The notes beneath the pieces are model-generated. The model did no database searches. It saw only the letters and a program-made list of their open reading frames with translations, and had not been told where the DNA came from. Source: Octopus vulgaris (lineage: Eukaryota). From it: DNA of 64,000 bases. The DNA is taken from positions 18,538,001-18,602,000 of the forward strand of contig OX597840.1 of assembly GCA_951406725.2 (NCBI GenBank), read 5' to 3'. Shown one piece after another: positions 39,501 through 53,166 of this stretch (within the stretch, counting starts at the first letter, position 1; every line of letters starts with the position of its first letter). The translations under genes and the position numbers were made by a program.

Positions 39501-39974
39501 GTGATGATAAATTTCTAACTGTTGCAGTGAATATTTTAGTATTCAGTTGTGCAGCATACATGGCGTTGCATTTGCAGCAATGGATTGCATTCAATTGCAG
39601 CAGCAGAATGCAGTCGCCGATCCCATTTCTGTTGAACAGTGAAACTAAATCTGTGATAATATAAGTACTAATTAGCTACTTATTATCAGCTGACATATGG
39701 TTAGTGACGTAATTAATTACTGAATTGATTAATTACAATTGTGGTGCTGTAATGTGTCTTAAAGAACTTGTTTCTGACACTCCTCCCCATGCCCACCCCA
39801 ACTCATCTTCACTGTGTTGCTGCTGTTGTTGGCGGTATTGTTGTATATGTCCTGTCATGCTTTGCTTAAGCCAGTCCAAGACTCATAAAACAGGTAATGC
39901 ATCAAAACTGCAGTCCCCCACCACCACCACCACCACATATATATGCATACATGCATGGATTGGGTTAGATCCCC

Positions 39975-40022
39975 CATATTCAGTCCACTGCGGGACGAAG
40001 GCCTCGGCACGTTCTCTCCACT
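39975..40022 (-). mobile_element. Very short RTE-type LINE 3' end
   Basis: Minus strand [14 protein letters not shown] matches the W..xxEAFVQQW terminus of RTE-like ORFs. Confidence 0.5.
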
Positions 40023-40049
40023 AACATGCATAAGGAACATAGAATATAT

Positions 40050-40058
40050 GTGTATGTG

Positions 40059-40116
<58 letters not shown>

Positions 40117-40335
40117 AGAAACATTTGATAAGGAAGATAGAGTATATATATATGTATATATTATGTATATACATACATATATATATGTATGTATATACAT
40201 ACATATATATATGTATATACATATATATATGTATGTATATACATACATATATATATGTATATATACATACATACATATATATGTATGTATATACATATAT
40301 ATATATGTATGTATATACATATATATATATGTATG

Positions 40336-40369
<34 letters not shown>

Positions 40370-40401
40370 CATATATATGTATATACATATATATATGTAT
40401 G

Positions 40402-40432
<31 letters not shown>

Positions 40433-40602
40433 ATACATATATATATGTATGTATATACATATATATGTATATACATATATATATGTATGTATATACATAT
40501 ATATATGTATATACATATATATATGTATGTATATATATATATATATGTATATGTATGTATATATATATATATATATGTATGTATATATAGATAGATAGAT
40601 AG
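40050..40602. repeat. Compound (TA)n/(TATG)n microsatellite; similar at 22578-22900, 23805-24238, 30108-30545, 36323-36632
   Basis: Direct reading; source of the YIYI/MCVC ORFs. Confidence 0.95.
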
Positions 40603-41837
40603 GTGTATAATTTATATGAACGTATTTATAAACATGCTTTGTGTGTTCATATATATAATTTATATATGTTTATCTGTGGCAGAATGTGTTGGACAAAATA
40701 CTTTTGGTTATGGTCCTTGATCCCCCCTCCCATTTTTTTTTTTGTGTGATACGAGGAGTTTGTATCCCTCTCAGACTCTCTTTTCCCCCTCTGCCCTCCA
40801 ATATCAATAAAATTAAGTACTTATGGGTCATCCTAGTCAAGTTCATGCCATATCTTCCTAGAAAGTAACAGAGTTGCCCCAGCATGGCCTCCTCAGTATA
40901 GTAACTAAAACAAGTAAGATTAATAATAATAATAATGACAAAAAAATTAGATGCAAACAGGAAAATAGAACTCAAAACATGAGTATATGTCATATTTCTT
41001 TTATTGTTAGTCAGCAGGAGTCAGAGTGACTCAAGGGCCGAGAGTCTCATGCATTGGCACTTCTCACACTGGTTTGAAATCAAGAGGATTATGTCTATAT
41101 AATAAATGTAATTCCTATAAATTTTGTCCCTTAAGTCACTCTGTAATTTCTAGTTAATAATAATTATGTATGTGATGATATAAACTTGTGGTATAAGATA
41201 TAGATTCAGAGACTCGTGACCATCACAATAAGCTCCTCTGATGGACTCAGCTATCAGATCACTTAGTAATCCAATACAGAGAATTGTAAAGTGTCCATGC
41301 AGCTGAAATCTAGATCTAATCAAGTGGTTAAATATATTCACCTCTTGTATCTCCTAATTTTCATGGTTTATGTGATTATACATACATACATATATACACA
41401 CATATATTTCCATGTTGGGATGTGGTTAGACATCATACACTCACCCACCCTTAGTTTTTTGCATATGACAATGTTTCACTGATAGGACACATATCACTAT
41501 TATTTTTGCGTAGCCTCAACATCTTTGATTTTTAATTCTCGTAAATTCTGTGCGTAGCGTCTTTGTTCTACACTACATTTCTCAAACCTCCTAAAATATT
41601 AATAATATTTATATATATATGTTTATCATTCTTTTACAAGAAGGTTGACAGTGCAATGAAAGTTAACAGGCTGAAACTTCAAAGCCACTATCATAACTCT
41701 TCTTGTAAAAACATAATAAATTTATCTCTACAGAAAAAAGTACCAAATAATTCTTTAGTTTGATGTTTAATTGCTTTTATAACTTGATAAATACACACAC
41801 ACACACACACACATATACATACACACACATGCAAATA

Positions 41838-42011
41838 TACAGGGTGTCCACAAAGTAATTAAGCAAATAGAAAAATTTATGTTTCAGACCCACAGATAAT
41901 GTAATTTTAATAAACATGTAACATTAAAATGCAACAAAAATTTAGTTGCCATCTCTTCTAAATTTTTCGTGACTTTTTGAAATTATCTAAAGACTTTATG
42001 GACATCCTATA
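41838..42011. mobile_element. Tc1/mariner-type MITE
   Basis: TA-cagggtgtccacaaagt ... actttatggacatccta-TA. Confidence 0.7.
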
Positions 42012-45000
42012 TAAGCACATATATATGTGTGTGTGTGTGTGTGTGTATGCATAAATATGTATGTGTCTTCACAGATGATTATATATATATATATATATAT
42101 ATAACAAACTGGCAGAGTCATTGAAGCATTGGACAGGCTGTCCGATTCAGTACATCCTGAGATCAGTGTTTGCTCTGGACACTCTCTTGGGAAGTCCTTT
42201 TGCAGGTGCCCAAATATATTTTTAATAGGTTATTGTTCTCCATGTCAGCACACCAGCTGGCAGAAGGGAACAACAATCTAAGAACCAAAAACTAAGCTAC
42301 TCATGCATGTATGAATATGAGTGTATACACACATGTATATATATGTATGTGTGATTTTAGAACTTTCTCTAAAATATAAACAAAACTAAAAGTACCTTCT
42401 TTCCAAACATCTAAAAAAAACAACCAAAGACCCTTGGGTGCCTTTACTGAAGAAATGTCATCAATTATTGGGCACCACTGACTGAATACCTTATAATACA
42501 TTGCAGTGGAGTTTCCTGTTGCCTTTTTTTCCCCAGTGGCCCACGATGGGATTTCCTTCAGCTCAGCACTAAGCTCACAAAAACGTTCATCAATTTTATG
42601 CTCCCTGTGGTGGTAGACAGTGTATCCCTCCCCACTAAAATAATTATAATGACAGAACAAGGTAGACTCAAACCTGGAGGGTTATGTTTTTTGCTTTTGT
42701 CACTGCCAGCAACTAATATGCTGGTGAAAGTTACCCCCCTCCTCCAATTTATAGGGGTCCGCTGATACCCTATCAGATTCAATCACCTGGGAGATCTTTC
42801 TAGTATCTGGGGTAGATCTTTTTTTTTAATTTATCACAGTCCCCTTGATTAAACTTTGTGTTAAAGATCTCTTCATTCTATGACTAACTAGGGGATCAGA
42901 GTGGATAAAGAGTAGATAGGCTAACAAATCATTGGGTGCTGCTTTTTCTTCCAACTGGAGTGGGGGGGGAACAAAAAAATTAGGAAAAACGTGTAAAGAT
43001 GGAAGGGTGGGGATCAGGTAAGTTAATGACAATGTTTTCATAATTAAAGGGAGAGTAGAGAGTCTCAACTCAACCCGCCCATGTCTTTGCTTCTCTCTTT
43101 TTTATTCTCCGCTTTCACTTATATTCCAGGTTATCAGAAACTAAAACTCATGGAAATCTCATTAAAAAAAATAAATAAAAACTGCTGACTTGGCGGCCCT
43201 CATGGCTGCTCAACTCCTTCCTGTTTCTCCATGTAATATTCCAACCATATTTAGAGCTTACTGTAGTGTTATGTGTGTGTGTGTGAGTGTATGTAAATCT
43301 GAGCAAAAAATAATTCAATTTTTTTTCAGTGTGTTGTACACTCACTCCACGCCCCATTCACATCTCAAATTAGACACATCACCCCCACTACCACCCCCAA
43401 CTTATTTCCCCCGCCTCCTTCTACCATTAGTAATTATGACATGGAAACATTTGCCAAGTATGGCTGCAATTTTGAAGAGAGAGTGACTGCAAACAAGAGC
43501 AAGTCTTGACATTACATATACAAAATGTATGTATGTTCATTATCTTGTTTGCTGATACACACACACACACACACACAACTCATTTTTCTTTAAACAGCAA
43601 CAACAAGTCTTTGCTTAATAAATTGCAGTAGTCATATGTGCATGTGTGTGTATGTACATGTGTGTATATGTGTATATATATAATATATGCACACACACAC
43701 ACATGCATATATATATATATATATATATATCAGTCATAGATCTCACTGAAGTAAATTCCATGCATTCTATTTCATGTATGTGTGTCTCTGTGTACATGTT
43801 TAAAGCAGGGCAGATGTTACTAGCATATAAGCACACACACACAATGAAAGACAAGCATTTTAATTGTACCTGCCATTCAAAGAGACTTTGTTAGATGTTT
43901 TTTAATTTTCCATATTAATTACAAAAATTCACCTCATCCTTTTTTTTCCTCTTTTTTTTTCTTTTTGCTAAAGTGTAACCCCACCCTCCACTTTGACATA
44001 GGGAGACACTGTCTAATCCATACCTGCAGGGGACTGAAATAATAATAATAATAACAGACACGAAATGACACTAACACTTTGATCCGACCCTCATTAGTCC
44101 CTCGGATCGCTCTCAACAAAAAAAAAAAAAAACCGAAAAATAATGATAATAATAATAATGATAATAGATCTTCAACACAAACAATAGTAAAATTTTAATG
44201 ATGTGATGTGTTGTTTTATGTTGTGTGTGTGTGTGTGTCTGTATGTATGTGTTATTTACAATACCTAAAGTGATTAATATTAAATAAATGGTGATAATTT
44301 CTTTGATAAACTCTGTTCCGAGTCTGTCTGAATGTGGTTTGTACATTAACTATATCGTTTCACCAGTTACAAAGAAAGACCTGCACTTAATTCCAGTACA
44401 GTTTATAATAAATCCCACCCCATCATAAATATATTGTACATACATAATATATACATATATATATATATTCATGTACACTTTTATATACACATGTATATAT
44501 GTTTATATACACACACACAGACGCTCACATGTGTGTGTGTATACATATATATGTATATATAGTATGTATGTAGCTAGCTGAACCTCATCCCTAATTTCTA
44601 ATTGCCCACCAACCCGACCCTACCACTTGCAGACTCAAAAAATATAAAATGTATAAATATTTCTAGATATTTCTTTCTAAAACCTATATATATGTGTATG
44701 TGTCACTAAGTGGCACAGCCCCAAATTCCCTTTAACAACACTATCACCAATTCCATACCACACACCACCCCCCTTTCAGTCCTATCTGTAAAAACTGTGC
44801 TCCTGTACCTACAATGAAAAAAATATATAAATGAAAATTACACAAAAAAAAAAACCACCCCCGAAACTTCCCATTCAAAGTACATAACAAATGCAGTTAC
44901 TGTACAGTAATTTATTATTATTCTTTCTATTTAAACCCTCTCTCGCCCACCCATCCTTACAAACTGTAAAATTTCAATGATGTACAGTTATTAAATTTAA

Positions 45001-45041
45001 ACAAATATTAAAAAAAAATATTAAAAAAAATATATACAGTT

Positions 45042-45090
45042 ATTAAAGAATAAATTCAATTATCATATCTTTTGGTGTTTGTGTTTTTAA
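45042..45090 (+). terminator. Candidate polyadenylation site
   Basis: ATTAAA/AATAAA (45042-45054) followed by GU-rich ttttggtgtttgtgttttt, closing a TE-free, 3'-UTR-like stretch with several TGTA motifs. Confidence 0.4.
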
Positions 45091-46183
45091 TTATTGTTGT
45101 GAAAATTTTGCTATGTATATATCTTTTCTGTGTTTAATTCCTTTTTGTCTAAGTATATATGTATATATATGAGTGGCTGTGTAGTAAGTAGCTTGTTTAC
45201 CAGCCACATGGTTCTGGGTTCAGTCCCACTGCGTGGCACCTTGGGCAAGTGTCTTCTACTACAGCCTCCAGTCAACCAAAGCCTTGTGAGTGGATTCGAT
45301 AGATAGAAACTGAAGGAAAAGGCGGCAAGCTGGCAGAATCGTTAGCACGCCGGGCGAAATGCTTAGCAGTATTTCATCTGTCTTTACATTCTGTGTGCAA
45401 ATTCCGCTGAGGTCGATTTTTGCCTTTCATCCTTTCAGGGTCGATTAAATAAGTACCAGTTACGCACTGGGGTTAATATTATCGACTTAATCCATTTGTC
45501 TGTGCTTGTTTGTCCCCTTGTGGGTAGTAAAGAAATAAGAAACTGAAAGAAGCCCGTCGTATATGTATTTGTATTTGTCCACCCCCAACATCGCTTGACA
45601 ACCAATGCTGGTGCAGTTATGTTCCCGTAACTTAGCGGTTCAGCTAAAGCAACCAATAGAATAAGTACTAGGCTTACAAAGTATAAGTCCTGAGGTCGAT
45701 TTGCTCAACTAAAGGCGGTGTTCCAGCATGGCCACTGTCAAATGACAGAAGCAAGTAAAAGGATATATATATATATATATATCATCACCATCGTCGTTAT
45801 TGTTTATCGTTTCATTTGTGGCCATGCTGGAGCACTGCTTTGAGGGATTTTATTTTATAGTTAAATAATTCAACCCTATTATTTATGTGTGTCTAAGCCT
45901 GGTACTTATTCTTTCAGCTGCAGTCAAATGATTGAAGCATAAAAGAATATATATAAATGTAAGGGTCAAAGTGTAGGAAGTAAGTGAGTTTCAAGCAATC
46001 CAGAGGAAATATAAAAACAACTTTCAGGAACAACAGTAGTTTATTGGTGCGGAAGGTGGTGAATTTTTCCAATATTGAAGTATGATAAGCTGATAAGAAT
46101 TTCATATTTCAAGGTTGGCAGCCAGGTTCATCAGATATGCAAAAAAAAATCCACAAGTTAAGGAATGGAGCAGATAAAATCCA

Positions 46184-46267
46184 GACTACATATGTTTCAT
46201 AGTGAGCAGAACCTCAAAAGTAGTAAATATCGAAGTGAAGTGTATACAACAGGCTATTCTTTAGGCC
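46184..46267 (-). ncRNA. Degenerate hammerhead motif (G5->A)
   Basis: Minus strand: GGC-CUAAAGA-AUAG...CUAU-GAAAC-auau-GUA-GUC, with a palindromic AUAU loop III, inside a (TA)n-flanked segment at about 45958-46330. Confidence 0.5.
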
Positions 46268-46749
46268 AAGGGTATCTTGATTATTTTGCTTTGTCCATAC
46301 CAAAACATAGAGGATTTGACCAGAGTGCAATATATATATATATATATATAGTTCTATATTTAAGAGATGAGGAATTATTTACATTCGACGGATATTTGTC
46401 CTCATCTTGTTTGTTGTTAACACAACGTTTTGGCTGATATACCCTCTAGACTCCATCAGGTGTCTTGGGGAAATTTCGAACCTGGGTTCTCATTCCTAAG
46501 GTATTTTTCGATATTATTATTATTATTGTTGTTAGTATTCAGGTCACTGCTTGGAATCAAACTCGGAATCTTGGGGTTAGTAGCTTGCGCTCTTATATGT
46601 AGTTAAGATTATAGTAGTTAAGATTGCGGGCTACTAACCCCAAGATTCCAAGCAGTGACCTGAACACTAACAATAATAATAATAATAATAATAACAACAA
46701 CATCGAAAAATAACTTAGGAATGAGAACCCAGGTTCAAAATTTCCCCAA

Positions 46750-46795
46750 GACACCTGAAGAAGGCTGGAGGGTATATCAGCCAAAACATTGTGTT
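46750..46795 (+). ncRNA. Minimal hammerhead motif (G12->A), right arm of inverted element
   Basis: GACAC-CUGAAGA-A-GGCUG-gaggguauau-CAGCC-aAAAC-AUU-GUGUU. The mirror copy is at 46419-46464 on -. Confidence 0.6.
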
Positions 46796-47799
46796 AACAA
46801 CAAATAAGATGAGGACAAATATCCATCGAATGTAAATAATGTATATATATATATATGTGTAAATAATGTATGTATATGTGTGTGTGTATATGTTTATGTG
46901 TGTATGTGTTTATATATATATATAAATACTGAACTTAGCAGTTCAGCAAAAGAGACCGATAGAATAAGTACTAGGCTTACAAAGAATAAGTCCTGGAGTC
47001 ACTTTCTTTGACTAAAACCCTTTAAGGTGGTGCTCCAGCATGGCTGCAGTCAAGTAACTGAAACGAGCAAAAGAATAAGAGACTAATGCTAAAAACCTAT
47101 TCGCAAAGTAAACTCCTTCCCTCCTTGCCCTCCCACCCTATTTACAGCTAATGTGTTGCCTTGGAGAAGATAGAATGGTAAGACAAGAGCATTGCATCAT
47201 TCCATTTCTTGTTTCCCTTCATAAAGTCTTAGAAATTCCATCTGAAGCCATGTGTTCAATCAAAGGAAATCAATAATATTGTAAGGCTTCGCAATTTTAG
47301 AAAAAACAATAGAAGAAAAACAGCAACAAAAATAATAAAATGAAATCAGGAAAAAAATACTAAACAAAAATACTACAAAATGCATACAACTAACCTTTCA
47401 TTTAAATTTAAGAAAAAAAAATTTTTTTTTTCAAACTGACGATAATCAATAACTTTAATCAATTAACTCAAAATCAATAAAGTTGATCATGTGTGGAAAT
47501 TCAGAAATTGATATCAATACCTACTTTGTTTAAGAATCATAGTAAATATATAACACCCCCACCCACTCTGCTGTGCGTTCCATTCCACCACCACTCTCTT
47601 ATCATCATCATCATCGCTGTCCCTAGATACTCTTATATATACACACTCACATCTGGTGTATATATTCAGGAATAACAGTGCAGTCAAAGAAAGTGCCCTT
47701 TGTGTTTGTTATAATTCCATACACACACACAACACACGTATATATATATATATGTATATGTATGTATGTATATGCACATACATACATGAAAACACAGAT

Positions 47800-48700
47800 A
47801 TCATCATCATCATCGTTTAGCATCTGTTTTCCATGCTGCACCAGGCCCCAATCTGATCTGGCAATGTTTCTACAGCTGGATGCCCTTCCTAACGCCAACC
47901 ATTCCGAAAGTGTAATGGGTGCTTTTTACATGCCACCAGCACAGGGGGGCCAGTCAGGCAGGCCTGGCATCAATCATGTTCAGATAGTGCTTTTTACGAA
48001 CCACCAGCATGGGAACCAGTCAGTGGGTACTGGCATCAGCCAGGTTCAGATGGTGCTTTTTACATGTCACTGAAATGGGAGCCAGTCAGGGGCCACTGGC
48101 CAGCCAGGGCTGCAATTTTGATTTTACTTGACTCGACAGGCCTTCCCAAGCATATCATATCACCCGATGCATCAGGGGTACTTTTAAATGGGCCAGACAT
48201 GCAACACTGGCATCAGCCATGGCTACGATCTCACTTTAGTTACCAGGTCTTCTCGATCATAGTATATCTCCAAAGGTCTCGGTTTCCTATCATTGCCTCT
48301 GTAAGGCCCAACATTCAAAGGTCATGCTTCACCATCTCCTCCCATGTCTTCCTGGGTCTACTTTTTCCACAGGATCCTTCTAAAGTTAGGGAGTGGAACT
48401 TCCTCACACAGCTGTCCTCATCCATATGTAACACATGACCATACCAGAGCAGTTGTCTCTCTTGCACACCACATTTGACGCTTCTTATGTCCAATTTTTC
48501 TCTCAGGGTGCTTACATTCTGTTGTGTATGCACACTGACATTACACATCCAGTGGATCATACCAGCTTAATTTTTTTCAAACCTATGCAAGTCCTTAGCA
48601 GTCATGGCCCATGTTTCACTGCCGTGTAACACACATACATCATGCAGTCTACCTTTCACTCTGAGAGAGAGGCTCTTAGTTGCCAGCAGGGGTAGGAGCT
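47800..48700 (-). mobile_element. Degenerate copy of the same RTE family
   Basis: Frames give LLPLLATKSLSLRVKGRLHD, LHGSETW, WYGHVLHM and SRPRKTWEEMVKHDL, followed by the same 3' UTR and (GAT)n tail. Confidence 0.88.
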
Positions 48701-50947
48701 TTCTGGCATGGTTTCTATGGCTGGATGCCCTCCCTAATGCCAACCACCCCACAGAGTGCACTGAGAGCTTTTTATGTGGTATAAATTCTGGTGTGGTGGA
48801 TGGGTCTTCTTCATGACAGGCTTCTTTCAGTTTCCATTAACCATATCTACTTGTAAGTTCTTGTTTGTCCCACACCTCATTGCTTGATAACTGATGTTGG
48901 TGTGTTTACGTCTTCATAACTTACCAGTTCAGCAAAAGAGACCGATAGAATAAGTTCTGGGCTTACAAAGAATAAGTCCTGGGGTCGATTTCTTCAATAA
49001 AAACCCTTTAAGGCAGTGCTCCAGTATGGCTGCAGTTTAAGTGACTAAAAAAAGCAAAAGAATACATCAACCCCAGTGTCCATTTCCCTTTAAGCTTCCT
49101 ACTTGTTCTATCAGTTACTTTTGCTGAACTGCTAAGTTATGGGGGATGATGTAAACACCAGTCATCAAGCAGTAGAGAGGGACAAACATACACTCACAGA
49201 GGGCGCTAGTCTATACAAATATTTATAAAATTTTGAAAAAAAAGGGAAAAGACTTGTGCTGGATTGGATAATATAAGAGAATGTAGATACAGGTATGTTT
49301 GTGTGGCTGAGACTTCGCAATCATGTGGATTGGGGTTCAATCCCACAGTGTGGTACCCTGGACAAGTGTCTTTTATTATAGCCATTGGCTCAATAATGCT
49401 TTGTGAGTGAATTTGGCAGATGGAAACTGTATGGAAGCCCGTTGTATGTGTATATTCAAGTGTGTGTGTTTGTGTGTTTCTTCCTGCCCTTATCTCCACT
49501 TGATGACCGAAGTAGTTTGCTTACATCCCCGTAACTTAGCAGTTTGGTGTAAGAGACTGATAGAATAAGTAGCAGACCTAACAAAAAAATTTTTTTTAAA
49601 CTAAAAAAAAAGCAAAAACTGATGTCGATTTGCTCCAGCATGGCCACAGTTCAATTCAAAAGACAGAAAGAAGTCAAAGATAAAAGCCAGACTTATTAAA
49701 GATAATAAACCACTGCACAAAAGTTAGCTTCTCTTTGATCAAAGCAATCTGTTGGGGTATATTTATCTTGTTTTTGGGGGTGCAAGCTACACAGAAGGGA
49801 GAGGGGGTCTTTTGTGAAATGTCATTTGGTGAAAAAGGGTGCCAAGCTTCCAAAGGTTAAGGTATCATTGAACTAGTTTAACATTAACTATTATTATTAT
49901 TGTTGCTGTTGTTGTTGATGTTGTTATTACATTTTTTCTTAATTTCGGTCGGCTTTTAAATTATTTATTTTATTTTACGAGTTATAAAATGATACCCATT
50001 TTTAGACATTATAATCTCCAACCTCACACAGAAAACAGTCACAAAACCAGAGATATTGGTCTTCTTTCTGCCCCAGATTAATCATCGCCATCATCATCCT
50101 TGTTTGATGTCCCTTTTCCATGCTGGCTTGGGTTGGACGGTTTGACTGGGGACTGGCAAGCTAGGAGGCTGCACCAGGCTCCAATCTGATCTGGCAAGGT
50201 TTCTACAGCTGGATGCCCTTCCTAACATCAACCACTCCGAGAGTGTAGTGGATGCTTTTTAAGTGCCACTGATTTTGAAAATATGATACTGATAATAACC
50301 CTTTCAGGCACAAGGCCTGAAATTTTGGCTGAAGGGACTAGTTAATTACATCAACCTAAGTGTTTCAATGGTACTTAATTTATCAACCTCGAAAGGATGT
50401 AAGGCAAAGTTAACCTCAGCAGAATTCGAACTCAAAACATAAAAATGGACAAAATGCCTATTTTACCTAGCTTGTTAACAGTTCTGCCAGCTTGCCACCT
50501 TATCATAGTAATAATAATAATAATAATGATGATGATGATAACAATAATCCTTTCTATTAAAGGCACAAGGGAGAGGGGAATAATCGATTATGTCAACCCC
50601 AGTATTTCGAAAGGCAAAATGCTGCTAGACATTTTGCCCAGAGTGCTAACGACTCTGCCAACTCACCACCTTAATAATAATAACAATAATAATAATCATG
50701 GTTTCATACTTTGGTACAAGGCCAGCAATTTTGGAGGAGAGGGTAAGTGGATTACATCGACCCCAGGGTCAACTGGTGCTGATTTTATTGACCCTGAGAA
50801 AATGAAAGGCAAATCAACCCAGGCAAAAATTTGAACTAAGAACATGGGGATAGGCAGGATGCTGATTTTTCCTGGAATGCTAACGATTCTGCCAGCTTGC
50901 TAGCTTAATAACAATAACAACAACAACAACAATAATAATAATAATCT

Positions 50948-51415
50948 TGGTATAAAAGATGGGCTACAGCAAATATTCTGCTGAACACCACAGATTTGCT
51001 TGTCAGTTGTTTGACCTTAACCAGTTGAGCATGTCTCTTAGTGGCTGATGATATGGGCATCTTTGATCATGAGCAGAAGTAGTTGAGGAGCATCATAGCC
51101 ATGTGTTGAGAGGAATTCTTTGGGATTTGGATAATTCACCTCTGGAATCATGGGTTTTTCGTTCAACATCATTAATCCTTATTCATGGACCTTTTGAGCA
51201 GGATGGGCTACTCGACCAGAAGAAAATTCTCACTGGGCCCCACCTGCAAGGTCATGTGCTGCTTATCTTGATATGAGGTCACCATGTCTCGCACATATGG
51301 TTGTGATGCATGTGCCTGGTGTACCCTTATCAGACGGGTAGTCATGATGGGTATACTGGGCTTCGTATATTTTACCCCAGTGTCACTTTGATGGTATGCA
51401 CTGCTCTCTCAATCA
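50948..51415 (-). mobile_element. Unclassified interspersed repeat F, about 460 bp; also 32440-32885 +, 60410-60600 -
   Basis: Copies are mutually similar, non-coding, with no TIRs seen; the 50948 copy is flanked by (AAT)n on both sides. Confidence 0.75.
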
Positions 51416-51429
51416 ATAATAATAATAAT

Positions 51430-52115
51430 AAAGAAAGTAGGAAGGTCAGGCTTGTGTAGGATGAAAGATTGCAAAGATAAAGCACTGTACAAGAAATTGA
51501 AAATGAATAAAACTGAAAATATGTAGGTAAAGAAAAGAATACATGTACAATTTCATAGGGATGTTGAAGATAAGACAGACAGAGAAAAAAGATGGTTGTG
51601 GATGACTAAAAGTGATTTAAAACCGGAAACGGAGGCTCTAATCTGTGCTGCCCAAGATCAAGCACTAAGAACAAACTACATAAAATACAGAATAGACAAC
51701 ACAGCAGAAAGTGATAAGTGCAGAATTTGTGGACAAAACGGTGACCCGTGTGGCATATCACCAGCCAATGTATGCCACTAGCCCAGAAGGAATATAAGAG
51801 ATGCCACGACAATATAGCCAGGCTTGTCCATTGGACACTTTGCAACTAGTATGGACTTGACAGAGCAAATAATTGGTATGACCACAAACCTGAAGGCATC
51901 GTCGAAAATAGAAATGCAAAGATCCTATGGGATTTTATGATTCAGTGCGACCATGAGATAGAGAATAGGAAACCAGACATAGTCTTCATTGAGAAAGAAA
52001 ACAAACTATGCTGGATCATAGATATAGCATGCCCAGCTGACAACAAGGTATGCAATAAAGAAGAAAGGAATGTCGAAAGATAAGACAGGTTAGCTTGGGA
52101 AGTTAAGCAGTTGTG
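51430..52115 (+). mobile_element. R4/Dong-like non-LTR retrotransposon fragment (CCHC knuckle + RLE endonuclease)
   Basis: ETEALICAAQDQALRTN, CRICG...HITSQC...HDN, WYDHKP, KILWDF, RKPDIV...IIDIACP. Starts next to (AAT)n. Confidence 0.88.
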
Positions 52116-52460
52116 GCCACTTAAATCCCCAAACTGCAACCACCTTGATTATTATGCATGAGGAACAGTTGATTCAGAGACGAACAAAACTCTTTGTAAC
52201 ACCAAAGATGAATTGAAGGCAAGGATTATGGCAGCATTCACCAACTTAAACAAGGAGACTATCCAGAAAAGTTACAGGAGATTCTGAAGCCATCTGGATG
52301 CTGTGGTTGAAGCCAATGGTGATTTTATTGAATAAATTTACTCTTTAGTGTTTCAAAATATTTTAAAATAATTTTGGTAAATATATCAGTTAAAATGAGA
52401 TGTCAGTGTTATTTTCATTTTTGAGTAATTTAAACAACAGTTTATTCACCACACCCCGTA
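52113..52460 (+). mobile_element. Tc1/maT-like transposase C-terminus with right end
   Basis: WPLKSPNCNHLDYY...ELKARIMAAF...LDAVVEANGDFIE*, ending in caccccg-TA. Confidence 0.75.
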
Positions 52461-52559
52461 TATACATATATTCATACATATATATACATATATTCATATA
52501 CATGTATGTACATGTATAGGCATGCATGCATGCATGCATGCATGCATGCATACATACAT

Positions 52560-52596
<37 letters not shown>

Positions 52597-52600
52597 TATG

Positions 52601-53166
52601 TTGGGTTGTCAGGAAAGTTCATGTCGATTTTTAAAGGAAAGAAAAAGGTCAATAAATACTTGCCATTACATTTTTAATCAACCAAATATGAACCATTTTA
52701 TTGCACAATGCGTCCCCATCTTTCCTTTAACTTGAAAATACCCTCTTCCCAGAATTGAGGTGGTTTCATGGCAAAGAATTCATCCAGGTATCTTTTTACG
52801 TCATCCAAGGAATTGAAATTTTTACCATTAAGACTATTCTGCAGAGACCTGAATAAGTAGAAATCCGAAGGAGCAATATCTGGTGAATATGAAGGGTGGG
52901 GTAACACATCCCAGCCGAGCTGCAGCAATTTTTGTCTGGTTCCCAAAGCATCAAGTGCCGAAAATGAACTTTCTTATCCTCCATTTTAAAGGGTTACAGA
53001 ATTAACACAGGTTATAGGAACATAAACCTTCTTCCACGAAAAGATAGCTTAAACTGTGCTCTAAATGGAGGTGTAGTCAAATCCTATTTTATGGACTTAA
53101 CCATATTCTAAAATAAGTTGAAAGGTAAGCTACTATAAATCGGCATGAACTTTCCGGACAACCCTA
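52601..53166 (-). mobile_element. Internally deleted mariner with both TIRs
   Basis: TIRs ttgggttgtcaggaaagttcatgtcgattt / aaatcggcatgaactttccggacaacccta. MEDKKVHFRHLMLWE plus HPSYSPDIAPSDFYLFRSLQN. Confidence 0.92.

Noticed and set aside
46090-46140. Second CUGAUGA...GAAA on the - strand
   Set aside because: Stems I and III could not be formed convincingly.
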